Assembly: GCA_964637365.1 (NCBI GenBank) | Contig: CAZWWH010000002.1 | Coordinates: 11,528-75,527 of the forward strand | Reading direction: 5' to 3' | DNA: 64,000 nucleotides | From: an uncultured Peptococcaceae bacterium | Lineage (GTDB): Bacteria; Bacillota; Dehalobacteriia; UBA7702 | Shown: positions 27,834 to 37,498 of the stretch, piece after piece | Numbering within the stretch: position 1 is the first letter of the stretch | Layout of the letters: each line of letters begins with the position of its first letter | The notes under the pieces: model-generated | Databases searched by the model: none | What the model was told of the DNA's origin: nothing | Seen by the model: only the letters and a program-made list of their open reading frames with translations | Program-made: the position numbers and the translations under genes

Positions 27834-28436
27834 ATGGATGAACGCGGAAAAATGGGAATCGCTTTTGATAAGTATTTGGCGGATTTCTTAGCGGAAAATG
27901 GTAAAAAAATGGCAGAGCTTTCTGGTGGTCAATGGGAAGATCCATTGATTCGTCTTCCCTATTTAGGTGGTTCTATCACAATTAATCATAAGGATGGAAC
28001 CATTACTCCGGAACCCAAAGAATTATTGGAAAAGATTTTAATTTATAAGTATCTTTTGGAAGTTCAGGGCATTGAGGGGCCTGGTGATGATTTTATCGCT
28101 TTTATTCAGTTACCCTGTGGCTCCCATCACCAAAAGTTTTTTAAATTAGAGGTACTTGCCCCTCTTCAGAACCGTTTTGGCGAGGATTTGCTCGCGTTTA
28201 CCAAAGCGGCGAAAGCTTTTGGTGGTTTCCCCGTAAAGGGTGGCGATTTGGCTTATCAGATTCCTTATTTTCCAAAAATTCAGGTTCGTATACAGATCTG
28301 GGAAGGTGATGATGAGTTTCCGGCTCAGAGCGCATTTTTGTTTGACAATAAATGTCACTTCCATATGGATACCGACGGCTTAAATGAACTAGCCAATCAC
28401 ATGACGGCATTGCTTTTGGAAGAGGCGGATCGATGA
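27834..28436 (+). CDS. Hypothetical protein (200 aa)
   Basis: ORF with good coding periodicity. No family recognised. Confidence 0.4.
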   Translation: MDERGKMGIAFDKYLADFLAENGKKMAELSGGQWEDPLIRLPYLGGSITINHKDGTITPEPKELLEKILIYKYLLEVQGIEGPGDDFIAFIQLPCGSHHQKFFKLEVLAPLQNRFGEDLLAFTKAAKAFGGFPVKGGDLAYQIPYFPKIQVRIQIWEGDDEFPAQSAFLFDNKCHFHMDTDGLNELANHMTALLLEEADR

Positions 28437-29008
28437 GTCATTTTTTTGCCTATATCAGTAAAATGAAGTGGATCAAGCGATGGGGGCTCATGAAAAACAC
28501 TGCCGAGGAAAATATCATGGAGCACAGCTGGCAAGTCGCTACTATCGCCCATGGTTTGGCCACAATCAAAAATGATGTGTTCGGCGCCAATGTTGATGCC
28601 GAACATATTGCTATGCTGGCGTTATATCATGAAACCGGTGAAGTGATTACCGGTGATTTTGCTACGCCGGTAAAATATTTTAATCCCGAAATCAAAAATG
28701 CCATTGGTGATTTGGAACATCTGGCAAAGGAAAAAATTTTTTCCATGCTCCCAACAGAGCTGCAAAAAAGCTATCAACCATTAATTTTTCCCGATGAAAA
28801 AGGGGAAGAATATATCATTGTCAAAGCTGCTGATAAAATTTGCGCTTATTTAAAGTGTATAGAGGAATTGAAGTGGGGCAATCGAGAATTCTCCAAAGCG
28901 GAAAAAACCATTCGCAGTGATTTGGAAAAAATGGATCGAGAAGAAGTGCAGTATTTCTTGGAACATTTTTTGGAAAGCTTCTCTTTGACATTGGATGAAT
29001 TAAACTAG
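28433..29008 (+). CDS. HD-domain 5'-deoxynucleotidase (YfbR-like)
   Basis: HD motif region (ALYHETGEVITGDFATP, H...D residues), ~190 aa YfbR-like size. Confidence 0.6.
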   Translation: MSHFFAYISKMKWIKRWGLMKNTAEENIMEHSWQVATIAHGLATIKNDVFGANVDAEHIAMLALYHETGEVITGDFATPVKYFNPEIKNAIGDLEHLAKEKIFSMLPTELQKSYQPLIFPDEKGEEYIIVKAADKICAYLKCIEELKWGNREFSKAEKTIRSDLEKMDREEVQYFLEHFLESFSLTLDELN

Positions 29009-29044
29009 TAGAATGAATCATGAAATGAAAAAACAGGTGAAGTA

Positions 29045-30055
29045 ATGAGTGGCAATCGTGAAAATTATATGAAACGAAAAAACGGCAAAGAACATGGCTG
29101 CGAGAGGTCCTCTCCACCATCCGGCTCTTCCGATAAGCGTTTAACGCAGAGAAGCGGTGGCAACCGTCAAAAAAAATCATCCCTCGTCGGGAAGGTTTCA
29201 ACTTCCAAAGGAAATAAGCTGCCTTTTTATTTTGCAGTCTTTTCTCTTATTTTGATCATCATTGGCGTTGTGCTCATCTTCAAATCTCCGGGGCAGAGCA
29301 CTGCCGCGGCCCCCAAGCCAACGCCGGAACAGGCCATTGATTTTCACACCTTTACTTACGAGGATGGCCTTGTTACCATGGGGTTGAAAACAGCGGCTGA
29401 GGTCAGCCAGGAGGCGAAAAAAACATCTGAAATTATGATTCCGCCCAAAGCCAAAGAATATGACCCCATTATTTACAGTTATCCTGCTGCGGGAAAACGA
29501 GTGGCGCTGACCTTTGATGATGGACCTTCCAGTAAAATGACGAAGGATTATCTGAATGTATTGGATCAACTCAATATCAAAGCTTCCTTTTTTATGCTGG
29601 GTAACAGTGTAATGGCCTATCCCGATTTGGCCAAAGAAGTGGAAGAACGTGGCCACGATGTGCTAAGCCATTCTAAGGAGCATGCGATTTTGGCGAACCT
29701 TTCCAGAGAGCAGCTGGAAGCTGATTTTTCTTATTGCAATGATGCCTTTAAGGAGGTTCTGGGCCATACTCCCAAGATGGTACGACCGCCTTACGGCAGT
29801 TATACTGATGAGGTGCTTTCTATTTCCAGAAAATATGGACAAATTCCTATTTATTGGAGTATTGATACCAATGATTGGAGAAAGTACTCGACGGAAACTA
29901 TGGTGAATACGATTGTTAATAATCTCAGTGACGGAGGTATCATCTTGATGCATGAAGCCAAAGGGAATACTTTGGAAGCTCTGCCAGCCATTGCGGAGGC
30001 AGTGCGTGCTCAAGGTTATGAATTCGTACCTCTCTCAGAATTATTGTCATATTGA
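29045..30055 (+). CDS. Polysaccharide deacetylase (NodB homology domain) membrane-anchored protein
   Basis: N-terminal TM. NodB motifs TFDDGP...HS.EH... Confidence 0.65.
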   Translation: MSGNRENYMKRKNGKEHGCERSSPPSGSSDKRLTQRSGGNRQKKSSLVGKVSTSKGNKLPFYFAVFSLILIIIGVVLIFKSPGQSTAAAPKPTPEQAIDFHTFTYEDGLVTMGLKTAAEVSQEAKKTSEIMIPPKAKEYDPIIYSYPAAGKRVALTFDDGPSSKMTKDYLNVLDQLNIKASFFMLGNSVMAYPDLAKEVEERGHDVLSHSKEHAILANLSREQLEADFSYCNDAFKEVLGHTPKMVRPPYGSYTDEVLSISRKYGQIPIYWSIDTNDWRKYSTETMVNTIVNNLSDGGIILMHEAKGNTLEALPAIAEAVRAQGYEFVPLSELLSY

Positions 30056-30086
30056 TATTGTGGATGAAACAGAAAGAAGGAACAAC

Positions 30087-30962
30087 ATGAATGAAAAAAT
30101 GGGCAGAAATGACCATTGTTGGTGCGACAGTGGGAAAAAATATAAATCATGCCATATGAAATTTGATCAAAAATTGGAATCTTTGGCTGCTCAAGGTCAT
30201 ATTATCCCTTCCCATGACATGATTAAAACATCAGCGGAAATTGAAATGATCCGCCGTAGTGCCGAAGTAAATATTGCAGTATTAGATTATGTTGCAGAGC
30301 ATATTAAAGCCGGCATGACAACAGAAGAAATTGATATGCTGGTTTATCAAAAAACCACGGATTTAGGGGGGATTCCTGCACCCCTTGGCTTTGAGGGCTT
30401 CCCTAAAAGCGTTTGTACATCCATAAACGATCAGGTGTGCCACGGGATTCCTTCCAAGGATGATGTATTGAAGAATGGCGATATCGTTAATGTCGATGTA
30501 TCGACGATTCTCAATGACTTTTATTCTGATTCGTCCCGCATGTTCTGTATTGGCAATGTCAGCGAAGAAAAAAAGCGACTGGTAGAAGTTACTAAGGAAT
30601 GTGTGGAACTCGGCTTGAAGGAAGTAAAACCCTGGGGCTTTATGGGTGATATGGCTCAGGCTGTTTATGACCATGCGATATCCAATGGATATTCTGTTGT
30701 TAAAGAAATGGGCGGACACGGTGTTGGTTTAGATTTTCATGAGGATCCTTTTGTTAGCTATATTGGAAAACGAAATACAGAAATTGTTTTGGCTCCGGGT
30801 ATGATTTTCACCATCGAACCTATGATTAATATGGGAGACAGTAGTATTTTCCTGGATCAAAAAAATGGCTGGACCGTTTATACGAAAGATGGTAAGCCAT
30901 CGGCTCAGTGGGAAATCATGGTGCTGGTTACAGAAGATGGTAATGAGGTTTTGGCCTATTAA
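30087..30962 (+). CDS. map: Methionine aminopeptidase type I with N-terminal SEC-C zinc-binding motif
   Basis: SEC-C motif NDHCWCDSGKKYKSCH. MetAP pita-bread fold motifs with conserved metal ligands. Confidence 0.75.
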   Translation: MNEKMGRNDHCWCDSGKKYKSCHMKFDQKLESLAAQGHIIPSHDMIKTSAEIEMIRRSAEVNIAVLDYVAEHIKAGMTTEEIDMLVYQKTTDLGGIPAPLGFEGFPKSVCTSINDQVCHGIPSKDDVLKNGDIVNVDVSTILNDFYSDSSRMFCIGNVSEEKKRLVEVTKECVELGLKEVKPWGFMGDMAQAVYDHAISNGYSVVKEMGGHGVGLDFHEDPFVSYIGKRNTEIVLAPGMIFTIEPMINMGDSSIFLDQKNGWTVYTKDGKPSAQWEIMVLVTEDGNEVLAY

Positions 30963-31058
30963 TCCGTTAAATATCTAAAAAAGGAATTACACCGATTTGA
31001 TTTGGTGTAATTCCTTTTTTTATTTATTGAGTTTTGTAAATTTGTTGGTTATATCTTT

Positions 31059-32489
31059 TTACCATTTTGACTGCGCCAAACCACCGTTACTCCAGTCGGA
31101 AGAAGCGTCGCCATATGTTTTTCCTTGGTTGTCGGTAAATTGGCCGACACTGGGATAGCTAACCGAGTATTTGGCGTTAAAATACCATTCCCCGGTGAAG
31201 GAAGAACCATCGGTAAAATATCCGGTTCCTTTTGTGATATGTCCTTCCGCAAATGTGCCGATATACAATTCACCCAAGGTTGATATATAGCGTCCCGTGC
31301 CGCTCATCATACCTTTGGACCAATTACCAATGTATCGCTGGCCCGTTTCTGTGGTATAGCTTCCATAGGAGAGTACGCCATTGGTAACTTGACCATAATA
31401 ACCGTCTTTTTTATCATTGAAACGAAGAGACAGTAACCCACTTACATCAGTTTTGGAATCAGCCTTTCCATAAAATTGATTGGTGCTTCGTACGATACTT
31501 GGCAAGGGACAGGTGATGGAGAGAATTTGTCCATTTCCCCCCCAATTCTTCTTCTCAATGCTAACTTTTAGTGCCGAAGCAACTGTATCAATGGGTACCA
31601 TAGTGCTTTCATTGACAAGCCGGGGAGTCGTTGCAAAAATAACTTCTGTGCCGTTTATATAGGCATTCGCTTTCCCAATCCAGCATTGCATATCTTGATC
31701 GTCACTGTCTGCGACTAAAAGTTTGGTTGTAGAATAGAAAGAGACTTGATATCCCATGGCCTCTAAATAAGGTCTGACTTGGATCATATCAACTCCATTT
31801 ACGGTTTCTGTGAAGACGTCTGTTTTGACTAATTTGCCGTTGACATAAATATTAGTGCCATCATTACCTGGAATATTGGGTTTACCCAAATAATATGCCA
31901 TGATTTTGGCTGTTTCCCCGCGGGTAATTGGATTTTGGGGGCGGAAACTGTCGTCTTCATAACCATCGAGAATTGCGGCTTTTTGTAGATACTGCACAGC
32001 GACCTTTGCCCATTCCCCAATTTGCTCATCATCAGTAAAAGGGGTTGGTTCGATAACGGCCTCTGGAAGATCTTTCTTAACTTTGTCCAGATATCGGTAA
32101 AACATGACCGCTAATTCCTGGCGAGTGATAGCGCCATCGGGCAAAAACGTGCCGTCAGAGTATCCATCCACAACACCATTCTCACTGGCCCAAAGGATTG
32201 CATCTTTGGCCCAGTGCTGATTTACATCGGGAAATGGTGTGTCCTCCGTATACTTATCTAAGCTGATTTGAGATTCACGGGCCAAAATGACCACAAATTC
32301 CGCCCGTGTAATCTGTCCATTTGGCAGAAACGTACCGTCGGGGTAGCCTTTAATGAGTCCCTTGTCCGTAATGTATTCAATATTATCCTGGGACCAGTGG
32401 CCATCAATATCAGTGAATTCTGCAGCCAAAACAGGCATTGTACAAAATACGCAGAGGATGAGTGTTAGCAGAAAAAGGCGTTTTTTCAT
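31059..32489 (-). CDS. SLH-domain surface protein with copper-amine-oxidase-N-terminal-like domain and MORN repeats
   Basis: Signal peptide. Three SLH repeats. Cu_amine_oxidN1-like segment. C-terminal repeated G.Y.G motifs characteristic of MORN repeats. RBS AAAGGAG. Confidence 0.6.
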   Translation of the reverse strand: MKKRLFLLTLILCVFCTMPVLAAEFTDIDGHWSQDNIEYITDKGLIKGYPDGTFLPNGQITRAEFVVILARESQISLDKYTEDTPFPDVNQHWAKDAILWASENGVVDGYSDGTFLPDGAITRQELAVMFYRYLDKVKKDLPEAVIEPTPFTDDEQIGEWAKVAVQYLQKAAILDGYEDDSFRPQNPITRGETAKIMAYYLGKPNIPGNDGTNIYVNGKLVKTDVFTETVNGVDMIQVRPYLEAMGYQVSFYSTTKLLVADSDDQDMQCWIGKANAYINGTEVIFATTPRLVNESTMVPIDTVASALKVSIEKKNWGGNGQILSITCPLPSIVRSTNQFYGKADSKTDVSGLLSLRFNDKKDGYYGQVTNGVLSYGSYTTETGQRYIGNWSKGMMSGTGRYISTLGELYIGTFAEGHITKGTGYFTDGSSFTGEWYFNAKYSVSYPSVGQFTDNQGKTYGDASSDWSNGGLAQSKW

Positions 32490-32518
32490 AGTTGAATCTC
32501 CTTTGAGACAGCGTTCCA

Positions 32519-33757
32519 TTATTCTAAAGTATCTTCAAAAGGAAGTGCTTCAATATACTTGTTGATTGATGATAGAATCACCTCTTGGTAGTGTTCGATT
32601 TCTCCGGGATCATCTGCAATTTTTTCAGTCACCGTGTAGATATCAGTGGCGGGGAACAGCTGATTATTTTGAATGTCGTAAATTTGTAAACGAATTGTAA
32701 TATTCCCGGCTGTGACGTCTGCGGCGTAGTGTCCATTGCTGTCCAGAGGAATAATATACATGATATATCGGCAATCATTCATACTGATTGCGCGCATAAA
32801 ATGTTTCTCCATCGCCTCGGTGGCATTCAAGGTTAAAAAAGATGTGGATGAGTCGATCTCCCCATACTGCTTTATGTAGGGGAAATAAATATGGGGAACC
32901 TCGTCAATGGGATCCGCATTGCAATACACATCCATCATTTGTTGATTACTGTATGGCGTTGCTTGTAGGACATTGGGGGGAGCCGCTAGAACCATGGTAC
33001 CATTTATTTTTGGAATACTATTGACGACTGGCACAGGGGTGTCAGTGCATTTACGTCGGTACTGCGTAAGGATTTTAGCCACTTCAAATTGTTGGTAATA
33101 ATAAATCTCTTCTGGGGAAAGATATTCCTTGACATCATATTGTTCTTTTTCCACGGCATTGATAAATTTCAGTGATTCATTATTTTTTAATGATTCCAGT
33201 CCAAGCCACAAATCTTCACGAAGGGGAATTTCAATTGATTCCAAGGGTAATAACTGCAGTGTTGGAAAATCATATTGTTCAGCTTCAATATAGAGATTTT
33301 TTAAGCTAGGATGTGATGATAAAGTTGTATAATCAAGATCGGAATTATCAAATACAGTCAAAGTCTCTAGATCTGATAACTTCAGAATGGGGGAGATATC
33401 TTTCAGTGTGCATTCTCCCCGTAGGGATAGACTGGTCAAACCTTGCACCGTTGACAAGTCTGCCAAGCGTTTCCAATCGGCATCTCCGGATAAGTTCATT
33501 TCCAAGGTAAGGTTTTCCGCGGAGGGACTCCCTATACTGCTTAAATTGTCAAGAATATATGATGCTTTAGGAGCGTCAAACCGAACAATGATATCAGAAG
33601 AACCATCCAGGGCTTCTCCGACTTTTGATAAATCGAACTCCTTTTTGTCAATGGTGACAACATTGACCTCATTATTGTTGAAGTAATAATCACCACCACA
33701 GGCTGTGAGAGAAAAAGCAATCGTTAATATAAAGAAAAGTATGAAATTCTTTTTCAT
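32519..33757 (-). CDS. Lipoprotein with leucine-rich-repeat-like region
   Basis: Lipobox SLTACGGD. LRR-like L..L..L segments. Confidence 0.5.
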   Translation of the reverse strand: MKKNFILFFILTIAFSLTACGGDYYFNNNEVNVVTIDKKEFDLSKVGEALDGSSDIIVRFDAPKASYILDNLSSIGSPSAENLTLEMNLSGDADWKRLADLSTVQGLTSLSLRGECTLKDISPILKLSDLETLTVFDNSDLDYTTLSSHPSLKNLYIEAEQYDFPTLQLLPLESIEIPLREDLWLGLESLKNNESLKFINAVEKEQYDVKEYLSPEEIYYYQQFEVAKILTQYRRKCTDTPVPVVNSIPKINGTMVLAAPPNVLQATPYSNQQMMDVYCNADPIDEVPHIYFPYIKQYGEIDSSTSFLTLNATEAMEKHFMRAISMNDCRYIMYIIPLDSNGHYAADVTAGNITIRLQIYDIQNNQLFPATDIYTVTEKIADDPGEIEHYQEVILSSINKYIEALPFEDTLE

Positions 33758-33913
33758 ACAAAACCTCCCAATTTTTTGTATATTATAACATATATAATGT
33801 CAGGTTTCAAATGAGTGGTGAAAGTTTTTATACGGTCGGTTAATTAATTACTTTATTAATTGTTAAAAAAATGGTAATATAAATCAACAAAGATTATTGA
33901 TAAGGAGGTTCTT

Positions 33914-34276
33914 ATGAAAATTTATATTTGTGAAAAATGTGGTGAAATCGTCATGGAATTGAAAAAGGGCGGGAAGCCTTTCTGTTGTGGACAAGCCATG
34001 AAGGCATTGAATGCAAATTCCACCGACGCTGCCACAGAAAAACACGTTCCTGTAGTTACTAAAGAAGATGGAAAACTCCATATCAGGGTTGGTTCCGTTG
34101 ATCATCCCATGACGGAAGAACACAGCATTGAATGGGTGGCTGCCGTTGGTGACCAATTTACGATGATGCATCGTTTTCAACCCGGAGAGGCTCCTGACGT
34201 CACGGTTTGTGATCGTGGCGCTAAGGAAGTTTACGCTTATTGTAATCTTCACGGTTTGTGGAAAGTGGAGCTTTAA
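33914..34276 (+). CDS. dfx: Desulfoferrodoxin (2Fe superoxide reductase)
   Basis: N-terminal desulforedoxin Cys cluster (CEKCGEIV...FCCGQ) and C-terminal SOR domain. RBS AAGGAGG. Confidence 0.75.
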   Translation: MKIYICEKCGEIVMELKKGGKPFCCGQAMKALNANSTDAATEKHVPVVTKEDGKLHIRVGSVDHPMTEEHSIEWVAAVGDQFTMMHRFQPGEAPDVTVCDRGAKEVYAYCNLHGLWKVEL

Positions 34277-34279
34277 ACT

Positions 34280-34930
34280 ATGGATAAGACAGTTTTATTC
34301 CAGCTATCTTACGGTCTTTATGCCATTGGCGTAATGGATTATAACAATCCTACTGGATGTATCGTTAATACAGTTTTCCAGGTCACCAGTGATGAGCCTT
34401 CCATTGCAATAAGTATCAATAAAGATAATTATACCATGGATATTTTGAAGCAGAATCCCCAGTTTGCAGTCTCAATTCTTGGGGAGAACGCAGATACTGA
34501 AGTTATTGGCAGCCTGGGATTTACCACTGGTAAAGAGAAAAAGGACAAATTTTCGACTCTGCCTTACCAAATGATGGATGGTGCGCCGGTGGTTTCTCAT
34601 GGTGCCACTGGATATTTGCGTTGCGAAGTTCTTTCCATGACGGAAAATGGTACCCATATCGTTGTTATCGCTAAGGTTCTAGATGCGAAACATGGAGAAG
34701 AAGGTAATCCAATGACTTATAAATACTACCATGAGGTCAAAAAAGGGAGTGCGCCGAAAAATGCGCCGACCTATCGTGGTGAAGATACGGAAGACTTTGC
34801 AACGGCTTCCACCGGTCCTAGGTACCGCTGTATGTTTTGCGGATACATTCATGAAGGAGAACTTCCCGATGATTTTGTTTGCCCAGGATGCGGCATGCCA
34901 GCATCGGCTTTTGAAAAAATATCTGAGTAA
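34280..34930 (+). CDS. Flavin reductase-like domain fused to rubredoxin (high-molecular-weight rubredoxin)
   Basis: N-terminal flavin-reductase split-barrel region. C-terminal rubredoxin CxxC...CPGC (YRCMFCGYIHEGELPDDFVCPGCG). Confidence 0.7.
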   Translation: MDKTVLFQLSYGLYAIGVMDYNNPTGCIVNTVFQVTSDEPSIAISINKDNYTMDILKQNPQFAVSILGENADTEVIGSLGFTTGKEKKDKFSTLPYQMMDGAPVVSHGATGYLRCEVLSMTENGTHIVVIAKVLDAKHGEEGNPMTYKYYHEVKKGSAPKNAPTYRGEDTEDFATASTGPRYRCMFCGYIHEGELPDDFVCPGCGMPASAFEKISE

Positions 34931-35325
34931 TGTTTAGTCTTTGAAAAGAAAACCGACGAAATAGTATTTCGTCGGTTTCTTGCATAAGATAGAGAATAGG
35001 CTTCATAAGGATGGTGGGAATTTTGTATGACCAATCAACATACCGTCATTGGCTAATCGGAGTCAATCGACTTTATTTTGCGTCTTGGTCGGCTGCCGCC
35101 TTAAGCTATGGTAAAAGCGCAGAGGATATTACAATATTAGCGGAATATTTTTCTTTGCTTTCTGATTGTTTGTCGAATATCGTCTTGGCATTAGGAGCCG
35201 AAGTGGTTCTTGATACTGACGACGGTAATATTTTACTTTAGTACTCTTGATTGAATTTATATGATACGGTATAATATAATTAGCTATTTTTATGCCTATT
35301 TTGAAATAAAACGAAAAGGGGTGAT

Positions 35326-36861
35326 TTGATGAATCTTCTTCATTTGCTTTTCACACGCTTATTTTCAATCTCGATTTTGATTCTTTTACAAATCATCCTA
35401 TTTTTAGGTGCGATTTTTATTTTGTCTGAAGTAACTCCCTTTGTCTATATCTTTTTTACTGCCGTCAGTATGGTTATCGTTATTTATGTTTTGATGAATG
35501 ATGATAACCCTGCTTATAAATTATCCTGGTGTATTGTGATTCTGATGGCGCCACTCTTTGGTGGCATACTGTACTTGATATTTGGTAACAACCGCCTCCC
35601 AAAGCAAATTCGGGTCCGCGCTACTGCCTTTAACAGCACCAGTCTCCATCAGGCGTATCGAAACGACCATATCCTAAAAGATCTTTGGAATAAAGACAAA
35701 CGCCTCGGTACCATTGCCCGTTATGTGGACGAGATTGGCGGCTTTCCGGTCTGGGAAAACACCTCGGCGGAATACTTCCCCAGTGGGGAAAACAAGTTTG
35801 TTTGCTTAATTGAGGAATTGGAAAAGGCGGAGCAATATATTCTTTTGGAATACTTTATTATTGCCAAAGGACGCATGTGGGACACCATCCATCATATTCT
35901 GTGTGAAAAGTTGGAGAAAGGTGTAGAGGTTTACTTGATTTATGACGATGTGGGATGTATTTCAACTTTGCCTCATGACTATTATAAGCAGTTGACCCAG
36001 GAGGGATTTCATGTAAAGGTCTTTAATCCCTTCCGACCGCGCCTCAACCCCTTTATGAATTATCGTGATCATCGCAAAATTGTGGTAATTGATGGGAAGA
36101 CAGCATTTTGTGGCGGTATCAATCTGGCAGATGAGTATATCAATGAAAAACCTCGCTTTGGTTATTGGAAGGATACAGCGGTAATGATTCGCGGCGAGGC
36201 TGTCTGGAATTTGACAGAAACCTTTTTTAAAATGTGGAATTTCTGCTGTACCCGCAATGAGGAAAAAGTGGATATCAGCTCCTATCGTCGTACCATCGGT
36301 ACTTCCTTTAGTGACGGTTATATCCAGCCATTTAGCGATAGCCCCCTAGACCGTGAAAACGTTAGTGAGAATTTTTATCTGAATGTTATTAATCGGGCCA
36401 AGGAATACGTCTATGTTTCTACACCGTATCTAATCATTGACCATGAAATGCAAACAGCCCTTTGTTTAGCGGCAAAAAACGGTATTGATGTTCGTATTAT
36501 TGTTCCGGGGATTCCCGATAAAAAGACGGTCTTTATGGTAACACGCAGCTACTACGGCCCTTTGGTCGAGGCCGGGGTGCGTATTTATGAATATACTCCC
36601 GGTTTTATCCATGCGAAAAATATGGTTTCTGATGACAAAATTGCTCAGGTGGGAACCATTAACATGGATTTTCGCAGCTTTTATTTTCATTTCGAATGCG
36701 GTGTGGTTTTTTATCGGAGCGGCGTGATTGCAGATATCCGTGAGGATATGGAGCGCACTATGGCCGATTCTAAGGAGATCACGGCTCAGGTTGTCAAGGA
36801 AGTCCCCTTATTCAAACGCTTTTTCAGGGCGTTTTTAAAAATTTTTTCCCCCATGATGTAG
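35326..36861 (+). CDS. cls: Cardiolipin synthase
   Basis: N-terminal TMs and two PLD HKD motifs (HRKIVVIDG...GGINL; HAKNMVSDD...GTINMD). Confidence 0.8.
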   Translation: MMNLLHLLFTRLFSISILILLQIILFLGAIFILSEVTPFVYIFFTAVSMVIVIYVLMNDDNPAYKLSWCIVILMAPLFGGILYLIFGNNRLPKQIRVRATAFNSTSLHQAYRNDHILKDLWNKDKRLGTIARYVDEIGGFPVWENTSAEYFPSGENKFVCLIEELEKAEQYILLEYFIIAKGRMWDTIHHILCEKLEKGVEVYLIYDDVGCISTLPHDYYKQLTQEGFHVKVFNPFRPRLNPFMNYRDHRKIVVIDGKTAFCGGINLADEYINEKPRFGYWKDTAVMIRGEAVWNLTETFFKMWNFCCTRNEEKVDISSYRRTIGTSFSDGYIQPFSDSPLDRENVSENFYLNVINRAKEYVYVSTPYLIIDHEMQTALCLAAKNGIDVRIIVPGIPDKKTVFMVTRSYYGPLVEAGVRIYEYTPGFIHAKNMVSDDKIAQVGTINMDFRSFYFHFECGVVFYRSGVIADIREDMERTMADSKEITAQVVKEVPLFKRFFRAFLKIFSPMM

Positions 36862-36883
36862 CGATAGGCAAAAGGAGAGGTAA

Positions 36884-37399
36884 TGAAACAGGTTGATAAA
36901 ACAGCGATAAACTATTTATTACTGGCCTATGGAGCCTTTACTTACTTGGCTCCTTTTTCGTCGTTGTTCCCCGCTGGGGATTAACTGTTATGACATGGCT
37001 GATCGGTTTGGGCTTTTTAATCTTTGGCATGATTTGTTTCGGTATTTTTTTTATGGAACCGTAAAAGAGAAACCAACCACGTGATGTTGTTGGGGTGTCC
37101 TGGGCATCATTGCCGGCATTGTTGTCATGGTATTTCGTCTCAAGGTTGCGCTGGTGATTTTACCCAGCTTGATTGGGATAGTGGTGGTGGCATCGGCAGC
37201 CTGGTGCATTCTGGTGGCAATGCGTTACCACAGCTGGAAAATAACCAGATGGTGGGTGCCGCTGATTGCCGCACTCGTTGCTTTCATTGTGGCAGTTCTG
37301 ATTTTCTCAATCTTAGCAGCACTGTCACCTTGCTCACAAGAATTATTGGTATCTACTGTATTGATTTTTCCGCCCTTCGTTTTGGTGAATCCTATATAG
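36884..37399 (+). pseudogene. DUF308/HdeD-like small membrane protein gene apparently disrupted by frameshifts
   Basis: Three consecutive membrane-protein-like reading-frame fragments (36884-36985, 36968-37053, 37081/37127-37399) with G..I..GI-type repeat helices. A T8 homopolymer sits at ~37037-37046. Confidence 0.35.
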
Positions 37400-37498
37400 T
37401 AAAAAAATATTTATAAAGTTAAAACAGCTTTTTGCATAGTTCCGATATAAACCTGCCAATAATAAAGGAAATTGATTCCATTATTGGGAGGTTTTTTT

